DNA from: Girardia tigrina
Taxonomy: Eukaryota
Reading direction: 5' to 3'
Assembly (NCBI GenBank): GCA_001938485.1
Contig: MQRK01218860.1
Coordinates: forward strand, 1 to 63,412
Length of the DNA: 63,412 nt
The translations under genes and the position numbers were made by a program. Positions within the stretch are counted from its first letter, which is position 1; every line of letters begins with the position of its first letter. The notes under the pieces were generated by a model. The model was not told the DNA's origin, searched no databases, and saw only the letters and a program-made list of their open reading frames with translations. Shown one piece after another: positions 12,978-26,029 of this stretch.

Positions 12978-13199
12978 TTTTAAGATATAAGGAGTTAGTT
13001 AAAATTTACAATTTGCCAAATAATTTATAGATTTTGTTTAATTTAAAGTTTTAAGAAAAAATAAATAAATACGTAAAACATAAAAATTACATAACGTTTA
13101 TAAAACTTCCTAAAAAGGTTAAAAATGATTTCTTTCAAAAAACACGAACAAACTTTAATTTATTATATTGATTATTAATAAATTGTTTGAGATTATCGC

Positions 13200-13395
13200 T
13201 TGAACATTTATTTTGGATGCATATTCCGCCTGTGACCTCCATGCAACTGTTCAATCGATATCTTATTGTCCGCTTCATCCTTTCTAATAAACTCAAGAAA
13301 CTTCCAAATACTGGCGTGGTTAGATTGAATAGCACTTTGGAAGCGAGAATGCCGGCCTTCAACCACGTTATTGGTCCATTGAAATCCAGAATTTA
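13200..13395 (-). mobile_element. MULE transposase C-terminal fragment
   Basis: WTNNVVEGRHSRFQSAIQSNHASIWKFLEFIRKDE fits the TNN..E.WH...H.SIW.F motif of Mutator-like transposases. Confidence 0.7.
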
Positions 13396-13396
13396 A

Positions 13397-14150
13397 TAAA
13401 GGGTTTAGTTTTACGATAATGGTCTCTGACATCTACTTTTTAAAATCTGATAAAAGTATTAATATACTAACAAACATACTAAATAATAATGTTTATTCAA
13501 AATCTTTTACTGAAAAACTTATAAAGGAAACTATTACTAAATTGCTTGACAAATCTAAGATAAATAATTGTGAGATTAGCAATAATTATTCAATTAATAG
13601 TTGTCAATCCAATAATATCAAAAATGTTGATAAATTGAATGAAAGAAGAATATGTTTTGTTCTAAGCGTTCCTTATTCGGAAGGGTTTAAGAAATTTAAA
13701 AACTATATTAAACGATGTGTCCCAAATAATTTACTAAGAATAAGGATTGTTTCTCAAACATACAAAGTTGAAAGTATGTTTAGCAAAAAATCTTTTACTC
13801 CATTTGGCCTGTGTTCGGATTTAGTTTATCAATATTCTTGTAATGGGTATGATGCCACATATATTGCAGAGACGTCTCGTCATCTCAACAAATGAATCCA
13901 AGAACACAGTCGAACTTATGGTAATGGTAATATTGCTGAACATAGAAAGAAATGTAAAGGTAAATAATTTTAAATAAATAATTTTAAAGTTTTGCGTTCG
14001 AATTTTGCAAATTACTGGAAGAAAGTTGCATGTGAAACTTTACTAGTTAGGACTCACAATCCTAAAATAAATGTTCAATCGACAACCTCAACCAATTTAT
14101 TGAAAGTATTTAATTAAAAGCGATTATATAATCATTGCTTCCATATATAT
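13397..14150 (+). mobile_element. Penelope-like element 3' fragment with GIY-YIG endonuclease
   Basis: ILNNNVYSKSF...LSVPYSE...LVYQYSCNGYDATYIAETSRHLNK*IQEH...YWKKVACETLLVRTHNPKINVQ. One in-frame stop. Confidence 0.85.
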
Positions 14151-15500
14151 TAGAGATAGGCGTTCATCCTTAAAAGTCTCTCAACCCGACCCGAATTTTC
14201 ATCAATCAAACCCGAACCCGATCCGACCCGACTTTATTATAATGTGACCCGACCCAACCCGATTGTATTTTATAACAATCCGAATTAACCAGAATGTAAA
14301 TGAATCTTTATTTGACAACAAATTATAAGTGGCAAAATAAGTAATGACACTATCACTTACATCAACAGTTGGCTGAACTAGTTTCAAAGTCTCTTTTATG
14401 TACTAAAGAGCGGATGACTGTTTCTCAGAAATCAGAAAATGGAACGAATTTTTAGTCTAAAGATCTAAGAAAACAGCAGCGAAATGAATAAAAGAAAACC
14501 GCGCTAACCATTTATCACGAATAGTAAAACTTACTACTCGCTTTCCTGCATTGAGTGAAACTCGCTGGCTTTGTTGAGAGCACAAATGCTGCGGCCGCTT
14601 TATCCAGTAAAGAACACGGTGGATTTTTGGAGTTTTGCCACTCTAAAAATCGTTTGTGGCTTGACGAAATTCTGTCATTAAGCTAATCAAATTATCAAAT
14701 AGACACTTATTGAAGCCATTTATGAGAACTTAATTACCATTGTTGATTATATTTTACCGAAAGTTCGTCCTATGTGGATGCTACGCTTTCCAGGATGACA
14801 AGTTCGTTATTACAACGCACAAGAAAACTTTGTTTCAATGTCTTTGGTAAATCTCGATTGAAGCCGGAACGCTTGGCGCATTGAACCATAGTTTTAAAAC
14901 ATTTTACAAGATCTAGAATTTGCATGCACAATTACAAAAAAGGAATTGAATATAGAATAATGGGAGCCTATCTCCGTAACTTCGTCACTATTTAAGATAT
15001 GCAAACCACTAGATTAGTGCAATGATAACTACATGAAACTCGTTGAGGAAGAGTTTTTGGAGCAGTTATCAGTAACAAACACATGAAATAGTAGATGTTT
15101 AGCAGGAATCGTGTCATAATACCAAGAAACCAAATTTTGTTTACTTTTATTGTGTAAGGAAAAGGACATGTTGTGTAGAAATCTTTTGTAATTCAAAATC
15201 TTGTCCAATGAACAAATATGTCAGAGACCCATAGGACCTGTGACATAACGTAAATTAGTTAAATATAAAACTTTTTGATTCACTGATCGAAGGCTGAATT
15301 ACTTACTCTCCAGTAAAGGTCTCTGTCCATCTAATGTATGAGCGATACCATCATACACATTCATGTCAGTCTCGACCTGATATAACATTTCTTTGTACAT
15401 TAAATCCAAATAGTTTTTCTGCAAATACGTTCAATCCACTAAAATGTTCTTTACATCAAACCTCTCATAATGGACCGCTACGCCGATAAGAGCTATTTAT
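14150..15500 (-). mobile_element. degenerate hAT (hobo/Hermes-like) transposon
   Basis: ACCCGA subterminal repeats at 14184-14262. Minus-strand fragments FVTDNCS, SYHCTNLVV and LPKTLKQSFLVRCNNELVILESV resemble the hAT TD, CxxH and TRWNS motifs. Confidence 0.6.
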
Positions 15501-16670
15501 ACATAACATTTGCATGTTAAAGATTATTTTAAAAACTTAGTGCAAATAATTCTCCTTTTGAAACATGGGCAGCGGTCTCATATCTTTGACATAAAAATTA
15601 ACTGCACTTTTATTAATTTCAAAAAGAGCTTTTTGTGGTATTTGAGTTGTACAGGTAATTTCACACATGTTACGGGCCGCACCCTAGTAATTAAGTATAA
15701 AAAGTCATTATATGGATGTAATATAAACGTTACTTTCATATATAAACATATAAATATTTTCTTTTGGATTTGTATGAAGATGATTGTGAATATGTGAAAA
15801 TTAATATTAATTATAATTTTATTTGACAAAATATCTTTTAAATGGTATTTTAATTTTTGTTTGAATCATTTTTCATTATTGTGCGAATGATCTGAATTGT
15901 TTGTTTGTGGTTTTATATTGTGCATATTGTATGTTGATTCTGATTGTGTCTCTCCTACCCGGATGGATGATTGGTATTTTCTTTTATTCCTACTAATTAA
16001 AAATATTTAATTTAATTTTAAAGTAAAAATATTTAAAATATGTTTCAAATGTAATATTAAAATCATTAAATGAAATATTTAATTTTTAATGTAATTTAAA
16101 ATATTGAAATATTAATTTAATTGGTACTTCTTTTTAAAAATGTCTAGATTTGAATTTAACTTATTTGTAATTTTTAAGTAATAAGTAATTTATAATAATT
16201 TATTTACAAGTAACTTAAAATTAATTTAGAAATATTTTCCCGTTTATTATCATAAACTAGGATGATCGACAGAAAAATATTAATCAAGATGTTGTATAGT
16301 GAACGTGATTTGAATAATTGTTGTAATGACAATTATATTTTGTAATAGTACCAAATGTCCAAAAATTCGTGTTGATGGTATTAATAATTGTATTTAAAAT
16401 AAATTAGGTGAGCTAATATATTTTTTGTTTAGATGATCCATTATTCGAATTAATTTTCTTTTTATATTATTTCATTAGCTTTACAAAGTTAAATTTTTAT
16501 ATATATATATATCATTGAACTCGTTTTTTATTTATTTAGTAATATTAGAATGTGTTTTTAAATATTCTGTAAATTAATAGAATAAATTAATAAATCGTTT
16601 ATAAAAATGTCTTAATAAGTTCAAAGATGAACAGAACAAATCTTAGATTTTATTGTTATCATAAATACTT

Positions 16671-16674
<4 letters not shown>

Positions 16675-16722
<48 letters not shown>

Positions 16723-16772
16723 NNNNNNNNNNNNNNNNNNNNNNNNNNNNNNNNNNNNNNNNNNNNNNNNNN

Positions 16773-16832
<60 letters not shown>
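16675..16832. repeat. (AT)n microsatellite with N gap
   Basis: Direct inspection. Confidence 0.95.
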
Positions 16833-16834
<2 letters not shown>

Positions 16835-16916
16835 CTTGTTATTTAACCTTTTTCTTTATAATTAAATATTAATAATCTTTTATGATTTTTAAAACTGATA
16901 AAAATAATTTCTTTAG

Positions 16917-17242
16917 GCAATTTGATCAGAGGAGCCAAGAAACACGATCATTTTGTAATATATTGTGACGAAATGTAGAATTAGTGTTATTGAATTGTGT
17001 TCAGAATTTGATCAATTCGATCGGTGAAACAATGATGAATATAATGTCGAGCTATGCTAATGTTGATTCAACAAATATCTTATATCAGTACATCACTGAA
17101 CTAATGGTAACCGAGGAGAATGATTTCGGGCATTTGGATAATATTGAGATTTACGCCGATCGACAATTGAACGGATCTTCGGTCGACGTGTCAATCCATA
17201 ACGATTTTGCTAATTTAAAAAAATCAGACGATTACAGTTCTG
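16917..17242 (+). CDS. KIND-domain protein exon (end of KIND1 plus linker), with one in-frame TGA at 16966
   Basis: Acceptor TTTCTTTAG at 16916; frame QFDQRSQETRSFCNIL*RNVELVLLNCVQ...DDYSS; donor GTAATT at 17243, phase 1, matching the next exon. Confidence 0.55.
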
Positions 17243-17814
17243 GTAATTAAATATTGGATTATTTGTCCATTCGATGGAAAATTGATTGAAAAATAATTTT
17301 TATTTTATTTTACTAATATTTTGATATTGATTTTTTTAAAAATAAATTTAATTATTTATTTAACTAAATTTTAACACGGTCTTCACGAAAGAGTAAGAAT
17401 TGCCAGGGACAAGTCCAAGATGTAAGATTCCTTTGAAGTTCAGAAAATGGAAATCATAATCTTCTTCCAAAATTGAAATTTCTTTTAAAACGTTTTTTGA
17501 TATTTCAGAATGGAACACTTGCTTCGATCATTATAGACCAGGTATATCAACTTCTCCTCTGATTTGCATTCTTAAATACTGTCATTATCAATTGCAGTAA
17601 AATCTGATTAATATGATGGCTTGCACTTTGGTTAACTAATGTAGATCTAGTCGTGGTATTTGTAGACAACGTAAAGCTGATTGAGACCAATGCAGAGCAT
17701 CTTCTGATTGACTCAACGTTTTCAGCGAATCAGTAAGTACTTGAAAACTCAGCATTCAAAACGGAATGTGAATTTATTTTGTAAAAAACCGTTGATCTTA
17801 TGGAACATGACCTA

Positions 17815-17935
17815 CCTTCCAGCAGTTTGGGTGTCACCTTTCCTGCTCCTTCAATGTCGCAGATTACTTTGACGGCTTCTTCAGCCACCAAATTCTTCTT
17901 ACAATCATGACGCAGCAATATGTGAAGCTCAAATG
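17815..17935 (-). mobile_element. mariner transposase N-terminal fragment
   Basis: LLRHDCKKNLVAEEAVKVICDIEGAGKV is homologous to the N-termini at 19501 and 57610. Confidence 0.7.
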
Positions 17936-18050
17936 TGGATAATATTGAGATTTAAGCCGACATTTGAAGGGATCTTAGATATTTACAAATAGAAATAAAT
18001 ACATTTCAATAACAGCACAGTGATAGGGGCACGAATCAATAGTCAATAAC

Positions 18051-18233
18051 TAGGGCACGGATTTTATGGACATTTCATTTTATAGACGTCTTGTAAGTGT
18101 ATTGGTTGCATATGAACTAACACAAATAAAAATTGCCATAATCGTATTAAAATGTGTTGAAACTTGTTCATATGCAACCAATACACTTGGAAGACGTCTA
18201 AAAAAATGAAATGTCAATAAAATCCGTACCCTA
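18051..18233. mobile_element. hAT-type MITE
   Basis: ~68-bp TIRs TAGGGCACGGATTTTAT... / ...ATAAAATCCGTACCCTA; near-perfect 8-bp TSD GTCA(A)TAAC / GTCATAAC. Confidence 0.85.
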
Positions 18234-18504
18234 GTCATAACCAATTTATTCAATTTTTGCAGGGTTATTCGAAAGACATGAGGTGACCATTTTATTTACA
18301 CCAACAAACATTTTATAATTTTTTAAGTTGAATATACTCAAGTATTGGAACATTGGTAACCGTACTGATTTAGCTTTTGCTGTTTATTTATCTTATTAAA
18401 TCAAATGTTTACATCTTGTTATCGGATTAAAAAATAACGATTTGTTTAAATAATTAACAGTTTCCATTTTTATTATAATTTTTTATTTTGGCATTATCTA
18501 GTTA

Positions 18505-19609
18505 TTATGTTGTCCTAAAAGTTCCCGGTAAAGAATGATAATACAATTTTTTGTGCAAGAATTTATTTTAAATGAATAACAATTAATCGTTTTCGACTAC
18601 TTTCTGCCATTGGTCTGCAAGCTTTCGGATCAAAGTACCATTCCAGCTGCTTCTAATTGAAGAACTCTTGACATACTTGTTCAACTTCATCGAATGCTTC
18701 GAATCGGCGGCCTTTCAACAAGTGTTGCATGGATCGGAAGAGGCAGTAGTCGAATGGAGCGCAATCAGGGCTGTAAGCAGGATGCGGCAGGATTTCGACT
18801 CCATCCAACTCTTGGAACCTGTCCGTGGTCTTCTTGGCGGTATGCGGCTTGGCATTGTCTTGCTGAAGCAGTGCACGTTTTCGGTTGATTAAGGTAACGT
18901 ACTTCTCCTTAAGCTTCTCGTAGACACGGTCCAGCTGTTGACAATAAAGCACTGCATTGATGACCTGGCCGTTTTGAACCAACTCAAAGTGCACGACTCC
19001 CTCAAAATTCCACCAGACGCACAACATAATTTTCAAACCAAATCGATCTTGTTTTGGAACTGACAGTGTCGCTTGACCCGGTGGAAACCATCGCATGTCT
19101 CGGTTGAGGTTGAACTCGATTGTAGTTGTAATGAGTTCGTGTAGATCTTGACGTGGTTTCTTGTACACAAAGTCGAGCTGCTTCAAATGGCAATGTATCG
19201 TGGACTAGCCAACTCCAAGCTTAAATGCCAAATCGCGAGTGTTTGACGAAGGCTTCATGTTCAACTCTGCTTGCAAGTCATCGTTATCAAATTTTGTTGG
19301 TCCTCCATAACGAGAACTGTCATTCAAGTCAAAGTTGCCTTTATTTAAACACTTGAACCAATCACTTGCCGTACTTTTTCCGACCATTTGTGTGCCTTCA
19401 ACTTTGCAAATTGTCTTGGCAGCATCTCGTGTAGTCAAGGCTTTCTTCCAATAGTGACGCAGCAACAGACGGATTTCAAGCTTTGTAATCTCGAAGTCCA
19501 TATAATGCTATAAATAAATCGATGTATATCAATATCAAATAAATAATGCCAAAAAAATTTGAAAAAATTTTATTTTCATTATTGACCGGGAACTTTTAGG
19601 ACAACCTAT
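18505..19609 (-). mobile_element. mariner element with internal deletion
   Basis: TIRs GTTGTCCTAAAAGTTCCCGGT / ACCGGGAACTTTTAGGACAAC with TA flanks. Transposase pieces 19205-19501 and 18653-19186 carry LQQDNAKPH and HPAYSPDCAPFDY (DD34D type). Confidence 0.92.
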
Positions 19610-21382
19610 ATATCTACTAATCACTATATAACTAGCATTTTTTTATAATAAATAATGTTCCAAACAGTTATTATATATTTGATTAGAAACTCTTTTTGAA
19701 ACATATTTATTGATATTATAAGTTAAGTTATGTTTGTGTTGGACGTAAATTCCAATTCTGAATTATTAAGTATGTTTAATTTTAAACATAATTAATCTTA
19801 ATTTCATATAAAAATGAATTAATAATCAAAATTTACTATAGATCGTATGTTAAATAATATTATATATATAATATATAATATACATAAAAGCCTTAACATT
19901 CCAGTGTTTACGTAGTAAAAACAACATCCCTTTTCTTAGTTTCCCAATATCGGAATCGAACAAATAATACAACATCTTTCATTACATGACATGTACATTT
20001 CGATTTGTAATAAACGTTTTTCGAAATCGATCGAAACATTTTTAATTCAAATCTAGCATAGAGAATCAGAAATGATAGTCTGTTGGATGTCTAGAATTTT
20101 AAAAACAAGAAATCATTTTCATCTATAGGTTCTGAAGAAATGCAATAAAATTTGTAAAAAAATATCGATTTTAAGGGTTTTAAGATAATTTGTGAAAAAC
20201 CGTAGAACTTGTACATACATATATTTGTTTGAGTTCTAGGTCGATTCGACTAACGGTCGATTCAACTAATTTTATGATTTTAAAATATTAATTGTTGATT
20301 GTAACAAAAAAATAAATACTTAATAAATAAATTCTTAAATTGATAAATGTAAAATATTTTTGAAAAACAATTGGAACTTAATGAATTTATTTAAAAATAT
20401 TGCTGCAAGTTTTTTCCCTCTATTCTATTATTCGATTACAAAAATTTATCGATAGTTCACAATTTAATTACCTCACTTATATTATAAAAATTTAAATTTT
20501 AAATTGTTTAAAAATTTAAAATTTAATAAATATCATTTATTATAAAAAATATTTTAGTATTATTTAAAATTATTTTTTTATTTATTAAATATATTATTGT
20601 ACCATTATTATTTTATTATAAACTTCATAAATGACATGGATAATTAACATTACAATAACTCATTCCTTTAAATTATTTTGATAATAATTTTTTATTAAGA
20701 ATTGATTTGAACTTCTTATCTGTGAACTTTCTAAATATTTGAACTTTAGTGAATTTTTGGTAAAGTAAACATTTAATAAAACTATTCCACCTCATTCGGA
20801 AGGAAAACTCATAGGTGTTACCAGTGAAAACGGGAAACAAGAATAAGTGGTATTAGTATGATCAAATCCTACATAACTTAAAAGATAAAGTTAAAAGAAT
20901 TCTTCAATTTACATTATTTAATCTTGTCTTTTTTGTATTCGAGCTCGAAGGCATTATAATAAATGACTCAACATTAAAATGTTTTAATTAAATAAACATT
21001 TTAATTCATAGTACTTTTATCAATCTAAAAATGTAAATAATGGTGAAAAGGAAACAAAGACCCGTTGTAATCTTAAAATTCTTGATTATGCTCCGTAAAA
21101 TGATAACTAATTATTATAAAAGTAATATTGTAATAATTTTGTTTTATAATTTGTCATCATATCTTTGTTATACTTTATTAGAGTTAAAATATTTATTTAT
21201 TTAATGAAATAAATAACTGTACACAATTTAATAATTTTATAATTTTTTTCAAAATAGAATTGCAATGACTTCAAATGTCAAACAGGAATAAACATCTTTT
21301 TATGCATATTTTATAATTCAAAAAAAATATTCATATTTAATAAATATGTATTTTAAAGAAGTATTTTTTAACTTAGTCATGA

Positions 21383-21388
<6 letters not shown>

Positions 21389-21432
<44 letters not shown>
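21389..21432. repeat. (AT)n microsatellite next to a splice acceptor
   Basis: Direct inspection. Confidence 0.9.
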
Positions 21433-21434
<2 letters not shown>

Positions 21435-21444
21435 TTTTTATCAG

Positions 21445-21584
21445 CTTTTCAAGACTCATTTCTGTCAACAGAATACAGTCTAAATACGGAATCTGAAGCG
21501 GATAGTGATCAAAGTCTGTATCTGACAAAAGATCAAGATACTTTAAGTTGTAAATCAGAAAGTATTTCCAGCACAGACTCTGTG
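21445..21584 (+). CDS. KIND-domain protein, Ser/Asp-rich linker exon
   Basis: Acceptor TTTTTATCAG, phase 1 in: AFQDSFLSTEYSLNTESEADSDQ...STDSV; donor GTAGAT, phase 0 out. Confidence 0.7.
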
Positions 21585-21638
21585 GTAGATATACTAATAA
21601 ATTAATTGATATGATTTGATTACTGACCGATTTTTTAG

Positions 21639-21771
21639 TTTTTTCTCAGTTTAAATCAATTATGGAGTCATTGCTTTGACAGAATTATACAAACAGATTT
21701 GGAGTGTCTCGTTTTGGTCTATGCAATCTTAAAAGAGATTTCAAACAATTTATTGAATGACGTAGGCAACA
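21639..21771 (+). CDS. KIND-domain protein, start of KIND2
   Basis: After a 54-nt intron: FFLSLNQLWSHCFDRIIQTDLECLVLVYAILKEISNNL; donor GTAAGT, phase 1. Confidence 0.72.
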
Positions 21772-23779
21772 GTAAGTTTGTTATGAAAATAGGGCTTCTG
21801 TAAATGTATTAATAAATTAAATGAAAACACTTATCATTTAATTAAAAATTTTTATCTTATTATTATTATTTTATTCAATAATAATAATTTCCTCAAGTAT
21901 TAAGTAGGCTTTTTCTTTTATGTCAAATTATTCAATAATTTACATGACATCAATAATTTTCAATGAAATTCACAGTTCAAAGCTTTCTCTCTAATAAATC
22001 GAAAACAATTATTTGATTTCAAGCTAATCTGTTTTATAAATTTAATTGTCACGTGTGTAAAGTTGGATCAGCGGCTTAAATGAGGTCTTTTCCGGAAGTT
22101 GCAGAATCTGTTGCATCGCTGTTTAGTTTAAATGTGTATTAATCGCTTTATTATCATTCTGTAGTGCTCAGAAAAATTAACATTAATTAAATTGAAAAAT
22201 TGAACAAACTTTCAATTTTGATTTTTGTTTAGTTAAACTAAAGGTGTAAAAAATCGTTTGACAATTTTTAAATTTTTGAAAGTGGATTTGTGAATGAAGA
22301 AATAAATGTTCATTTTTATTCTCACCTTTTTATTTTTTATCATAAAAAAATAACACAAAAAAACAACTTCATGCGAGAGCCACGAGATGATGCCGCTCAA
22401 CGGCAACTCGAACCGGTTGGACCGAACCCGGTTCCAACACTCCCCATTCGACGGTGTCCAACAGACCGACATGACCGCACCAGTCAGACCGACGGTACAA
22501 TTCCGCTTTACGCCGTTGAAACGACAAGCCTGTCTTTCTGGGCACTTAGTCCCGGCACAATTAAGAGGTGCTGGTTGAGGCCACTCGGTTTCCGCAGTCG
22601 GTACCACACATTCTAAATGCAAAAATTAACTCATTGTTTGCTTCGGTTTTATATGTTGCTGAATAAATACAAATAGTGGGTTTTTATTCCGGATTAAAAA
22701 AATTGCAGTCAGAATAATGGAATTTCCAAAATTTCTGTGACAATAACATATCAGCACTGAAATTAAATTCGATTTTAAGCGAACATTATTTGAGAAAGAT
22801 GATGTACACGTTGAACGAGATGATTGATTGTTAAAGTAAGGGACCAAAGTACATGGATTGGCAGAAATTTCATAAAATGAAATGGAAGAAGGTAATACCG
22901 AAAGCAACAGTTGTAACTGAGACCGCAAACGTTGAATGAATAATCTCTTTAAAAATCATTATTTTCTGTGAAGGCAATATTTAAAGAGCTCAATTCCAGT
23001 TTGGCCATTCGATAATATTCGGAAGGTGATGAAATACCTAATTATATTTGTCTTAAAATAACGAGAAATATTGTGGATATGGTTTTGTGAACTATAGTGC
23101 AGCTCTTGTTAAGACACTGTAGGCCGTAGTTTATGTCAAAATCTGCGTAATATTGGTTATGTAAGTACAATAATCTACTGGTAAAAAGGAGAACAAGGTT
23201 ATATGCCTGATGAAATTCTTTTGACCAAGATTCAGGAATAGATAAACGTGTGTTAGCGAATTCATTTGAGTCTGGAAAGAATTTAACACAACTGTGTATG
23301 TTAATTGGTTTTTTTCAAAACTGTTACTTTGTCACTTTTATTATCGTTCTCAAACAGTTTTATGTAACGTAATTTTATAGAACGACATTTTATTAATGAC
23401 TTTGAAGCTTTGTCTTTTATTTTCCATTTATTTATTGTATCAAAGTATGAGAACTTTTAAAATATTGTTGTTAATATTTAAAAATTGATAATAATAAAAT
23501 TAATGATTTTGAGTTATTTCAAGTATTTTTGAACTTGAATCAGTTTTTATTCGATGATTCTATACTTTAAAATGCGCGCTAATGATCTGAAATGTATTTA
23601 GCCATCAATTGTATTCTAAGGATATTTTTATATTGACACTTTGATACTTGAAATACAATTACACATCGCAGAATATTTTAATCAACATTGCTGCTTCAAG
23701 ATTGAATCCAAATCTTCAAAATTCCAAAAGCAAAGCAAATATCAAAGGGAAAATGTACTCAGATAGTAATTTTGAATAA

Positions 23780-24200
23780 GATAGGACATTTTCCGCAAAA
23801 AATAGCACAAATAGTGAGAGTTTCCAAGAAAGGAGTCCTTATAACGGCAGGAAATATTCAGGCCTGTCAGAACGACAACAGAAAGTTAAGATAGACATAA
23901 ACAAGTGTTAAGTGAGCGATTTAGGCTCAAATATAGTACCAGATATTACACCCGAGATCAGTCAAATGCTGTCGAATTCGATCTCCCATACAATGGTTAC
24001 AAATGGTTTGCATACTACCGTTTTTTATGGGCAGATCACAGCCAAAACATCATTATTGTGTTCGTTATTCGTTCGTAATCCACTCAAATGGACAAAAGAA
24101 CATAAAAATTGGGCGGTCAAACAATGAGAATAAGTGTTATGGACTGATGATTCCAAATTCAAAATTTTTGGTACGAAGCTGCAAACATATCGCTCCTTCC
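23780..24200 (+). mobile_element. Tc1 transposase remnant
   Basis: LKWTKEHKNWAVKQ*E*VLWTDDSKFKIFG resembles the Tc1 W.K.H..W....W..V.WSDESKF motif. Confidence 0.7.
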
Positions 24201-24470
24201 CAATAAATCTTAAATTAAGTTCATTGGTTTTTTGTTCAGCTTAAAATATTTTTTATGCCAAGCAACATTTTTACCATTTTTCTTTTGCAAGAATAACATG
24301 AAGTCTCTAATATATGCAATGTAAAATAAGTTACACATGTATTGGTAAACGTGATTTGACCACAACCAATTAATGGCATTATTTGAGTAACTTTCTTTCT
24401 ATAAATAAACTTGAAAAAATATGGCAAATTTTTAGTAAAAATACATAAAAGCCATTTAAAAATATATTTT

Positions 24471-24513
24471 GTGATAATATATTTCGACGGTTTAACCGCC
24501 ATCATCATATCCC
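24471..24513 (-). ncRNA. minimal type I hammerhead ribozyme motif in Penelope pLTR (C3 mutated to A)
   Basis: Minus strand reads GGGAT-aTGATGA-T-GGCGG-TTAAA-CCGTC-GAAA-TATA-TT-ATCAC: catalytic core, stem II, palindromic stem III and stem I. Confidence 0.7.
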
Positions 24514-24585
24514 TGATTATGTTGTTTTTTATTGATTTTATATAAGAAATGAATGATTATGCAATCACTTACATAAGTCTAATCT

Positions 24586-26029
24586 GGTACGCCGACTTTA
24601 CCGCGGCGACTTTACCGCGGACGACTTTACCGCAGGTGACTTTACAGTGGGCGACTTTACCGCGGAAAACTTACAAAAAAATTGTCAATAAGTGAATAAT
24701 GTCATCTAAAATATGAATAAAAATTTTTAATTATGTTATGATAAAACAATGAATCATACACAGGTTTAATTTTAAAACATAAATGAATAGAAAATTTCAG
24801 ATCGACATTACATTTAATTATTCTTTTTAATNNNNNNNNNNNNNNNNNNNNNNNNNNNNNNNNNNNNNNNNNNTAATTTAAAAAATTCAAAAAACATTCT
24901 AGAACAAATGAATAACACACCAAAAAAAATTGATGTGTAAATAGAAGAAAGATACAAAAACATTAAACTGATATATTAAAATAATGGAATAGTAAATATA
25001 TACTTTAATCCAAAAATTTTAAATTATGAGCAACGCCTCTAAGATAATCTAATATTGGTAAATTATTGTATTGCTCAACGACACATTCAATCCTCTCACT
25101 TACTTTGGCATAAATTTGCGATGAGAATTGTGGGAATTCTTCNNNNNNNNNNNNNNNNNNNNNNNNNNNNNNNNNNNNNNNNNNNNNNNNNNNNNNNNNN
25201 NNNNNNNNNNNNNNNNNNNNNNNNNNNNNNNNNNNNNNNNNNNNNNNNGAATTTTGAAACGCACGATGCCAATTTTCTATTGCATTGTTTGTGCTTGGTA
25301 GATGAGAAATAACGCCGTCATATACATTCCAACACTGAATTGAATATCGAGGACGTAATCTTCGTTCTTCATGAGCACGGTCAATATATGTATCCTCGAA
25401 ATATGCAAAGACATCATCGAGTTCTGCATAATCATTGGAAAGATCAAGTAAAACAAAAAAGGCAGTGAAAACATCATCCACAGGAACAAACGCTAAGGCC
25501 ATTTTTGATTTCAGAATGGTTCTTATTTCATCATTGTTTGAATAAGATTTGATGTTTCTTTTATTTTTTCCAAATTGATTGGTTCCGATGAAAATAAAAC
25601 AGCCTTTAATCCAAGCGATGAGAATAGCTTGCATACGCAACAATAGGATTTCCAGATTTTGAAGTAAAGAATTGAAGATTCATGCTGAAAAAAGTGAGAA
25701 AATTTTTTAGAAATTTATAATATTTTAAGGTATATTTTTAAAGGTATATTAACGTAAATGGAAAATTTTATTATAAATATTACTCCGAGTATATTTTAAT
25801 AAAGTATTATTCGGTAATAATGGCAAAAAAATATATAAAAATTAAAAATTTTAAGAAAATTGAATTTATTTAATTATTTAATATTAATATTATAAATTTT
25901 TAATATTTTTTCTGAAAAAATCCGCGGTAAAGTCGTCCGCGGTAAAGTCGCCGCGGTAAAGTCGTCCGCGGTAAAGTCGCCGCGGTAAAGTCGTCCGCGG
26001 TAAAGTCGCCGCGGTAAAGTCGCCTCACC
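24586..26029 (-). mobile_element. MULE (Mutator-like) element with minisatellite TIRs
   Basis: Perfect 9-bp TSD GTCTAATCT (24577-24585 and 26030-26038). TIRs built of CGACTTTACCGCGG repeats. Partial transposase 25005-25643 with MALAFVP, YFEDTYI and STNNAIENWH. Confidence 0.92.

Noticed and set aside
16966-16968. Selenocysteine or alternative genetic code explanation for the TGA
   Set aside because: No SECIS was recognised and all IFT88 exons read cleanly in the standard code.
22970-23300. Exon-like segment (GYMPDEIL...) first considered part of KIND2
   Set aside because: It has in-frame stops, and exon 21771 splices cleanly in phase to 26353, which matches KIND2 better.
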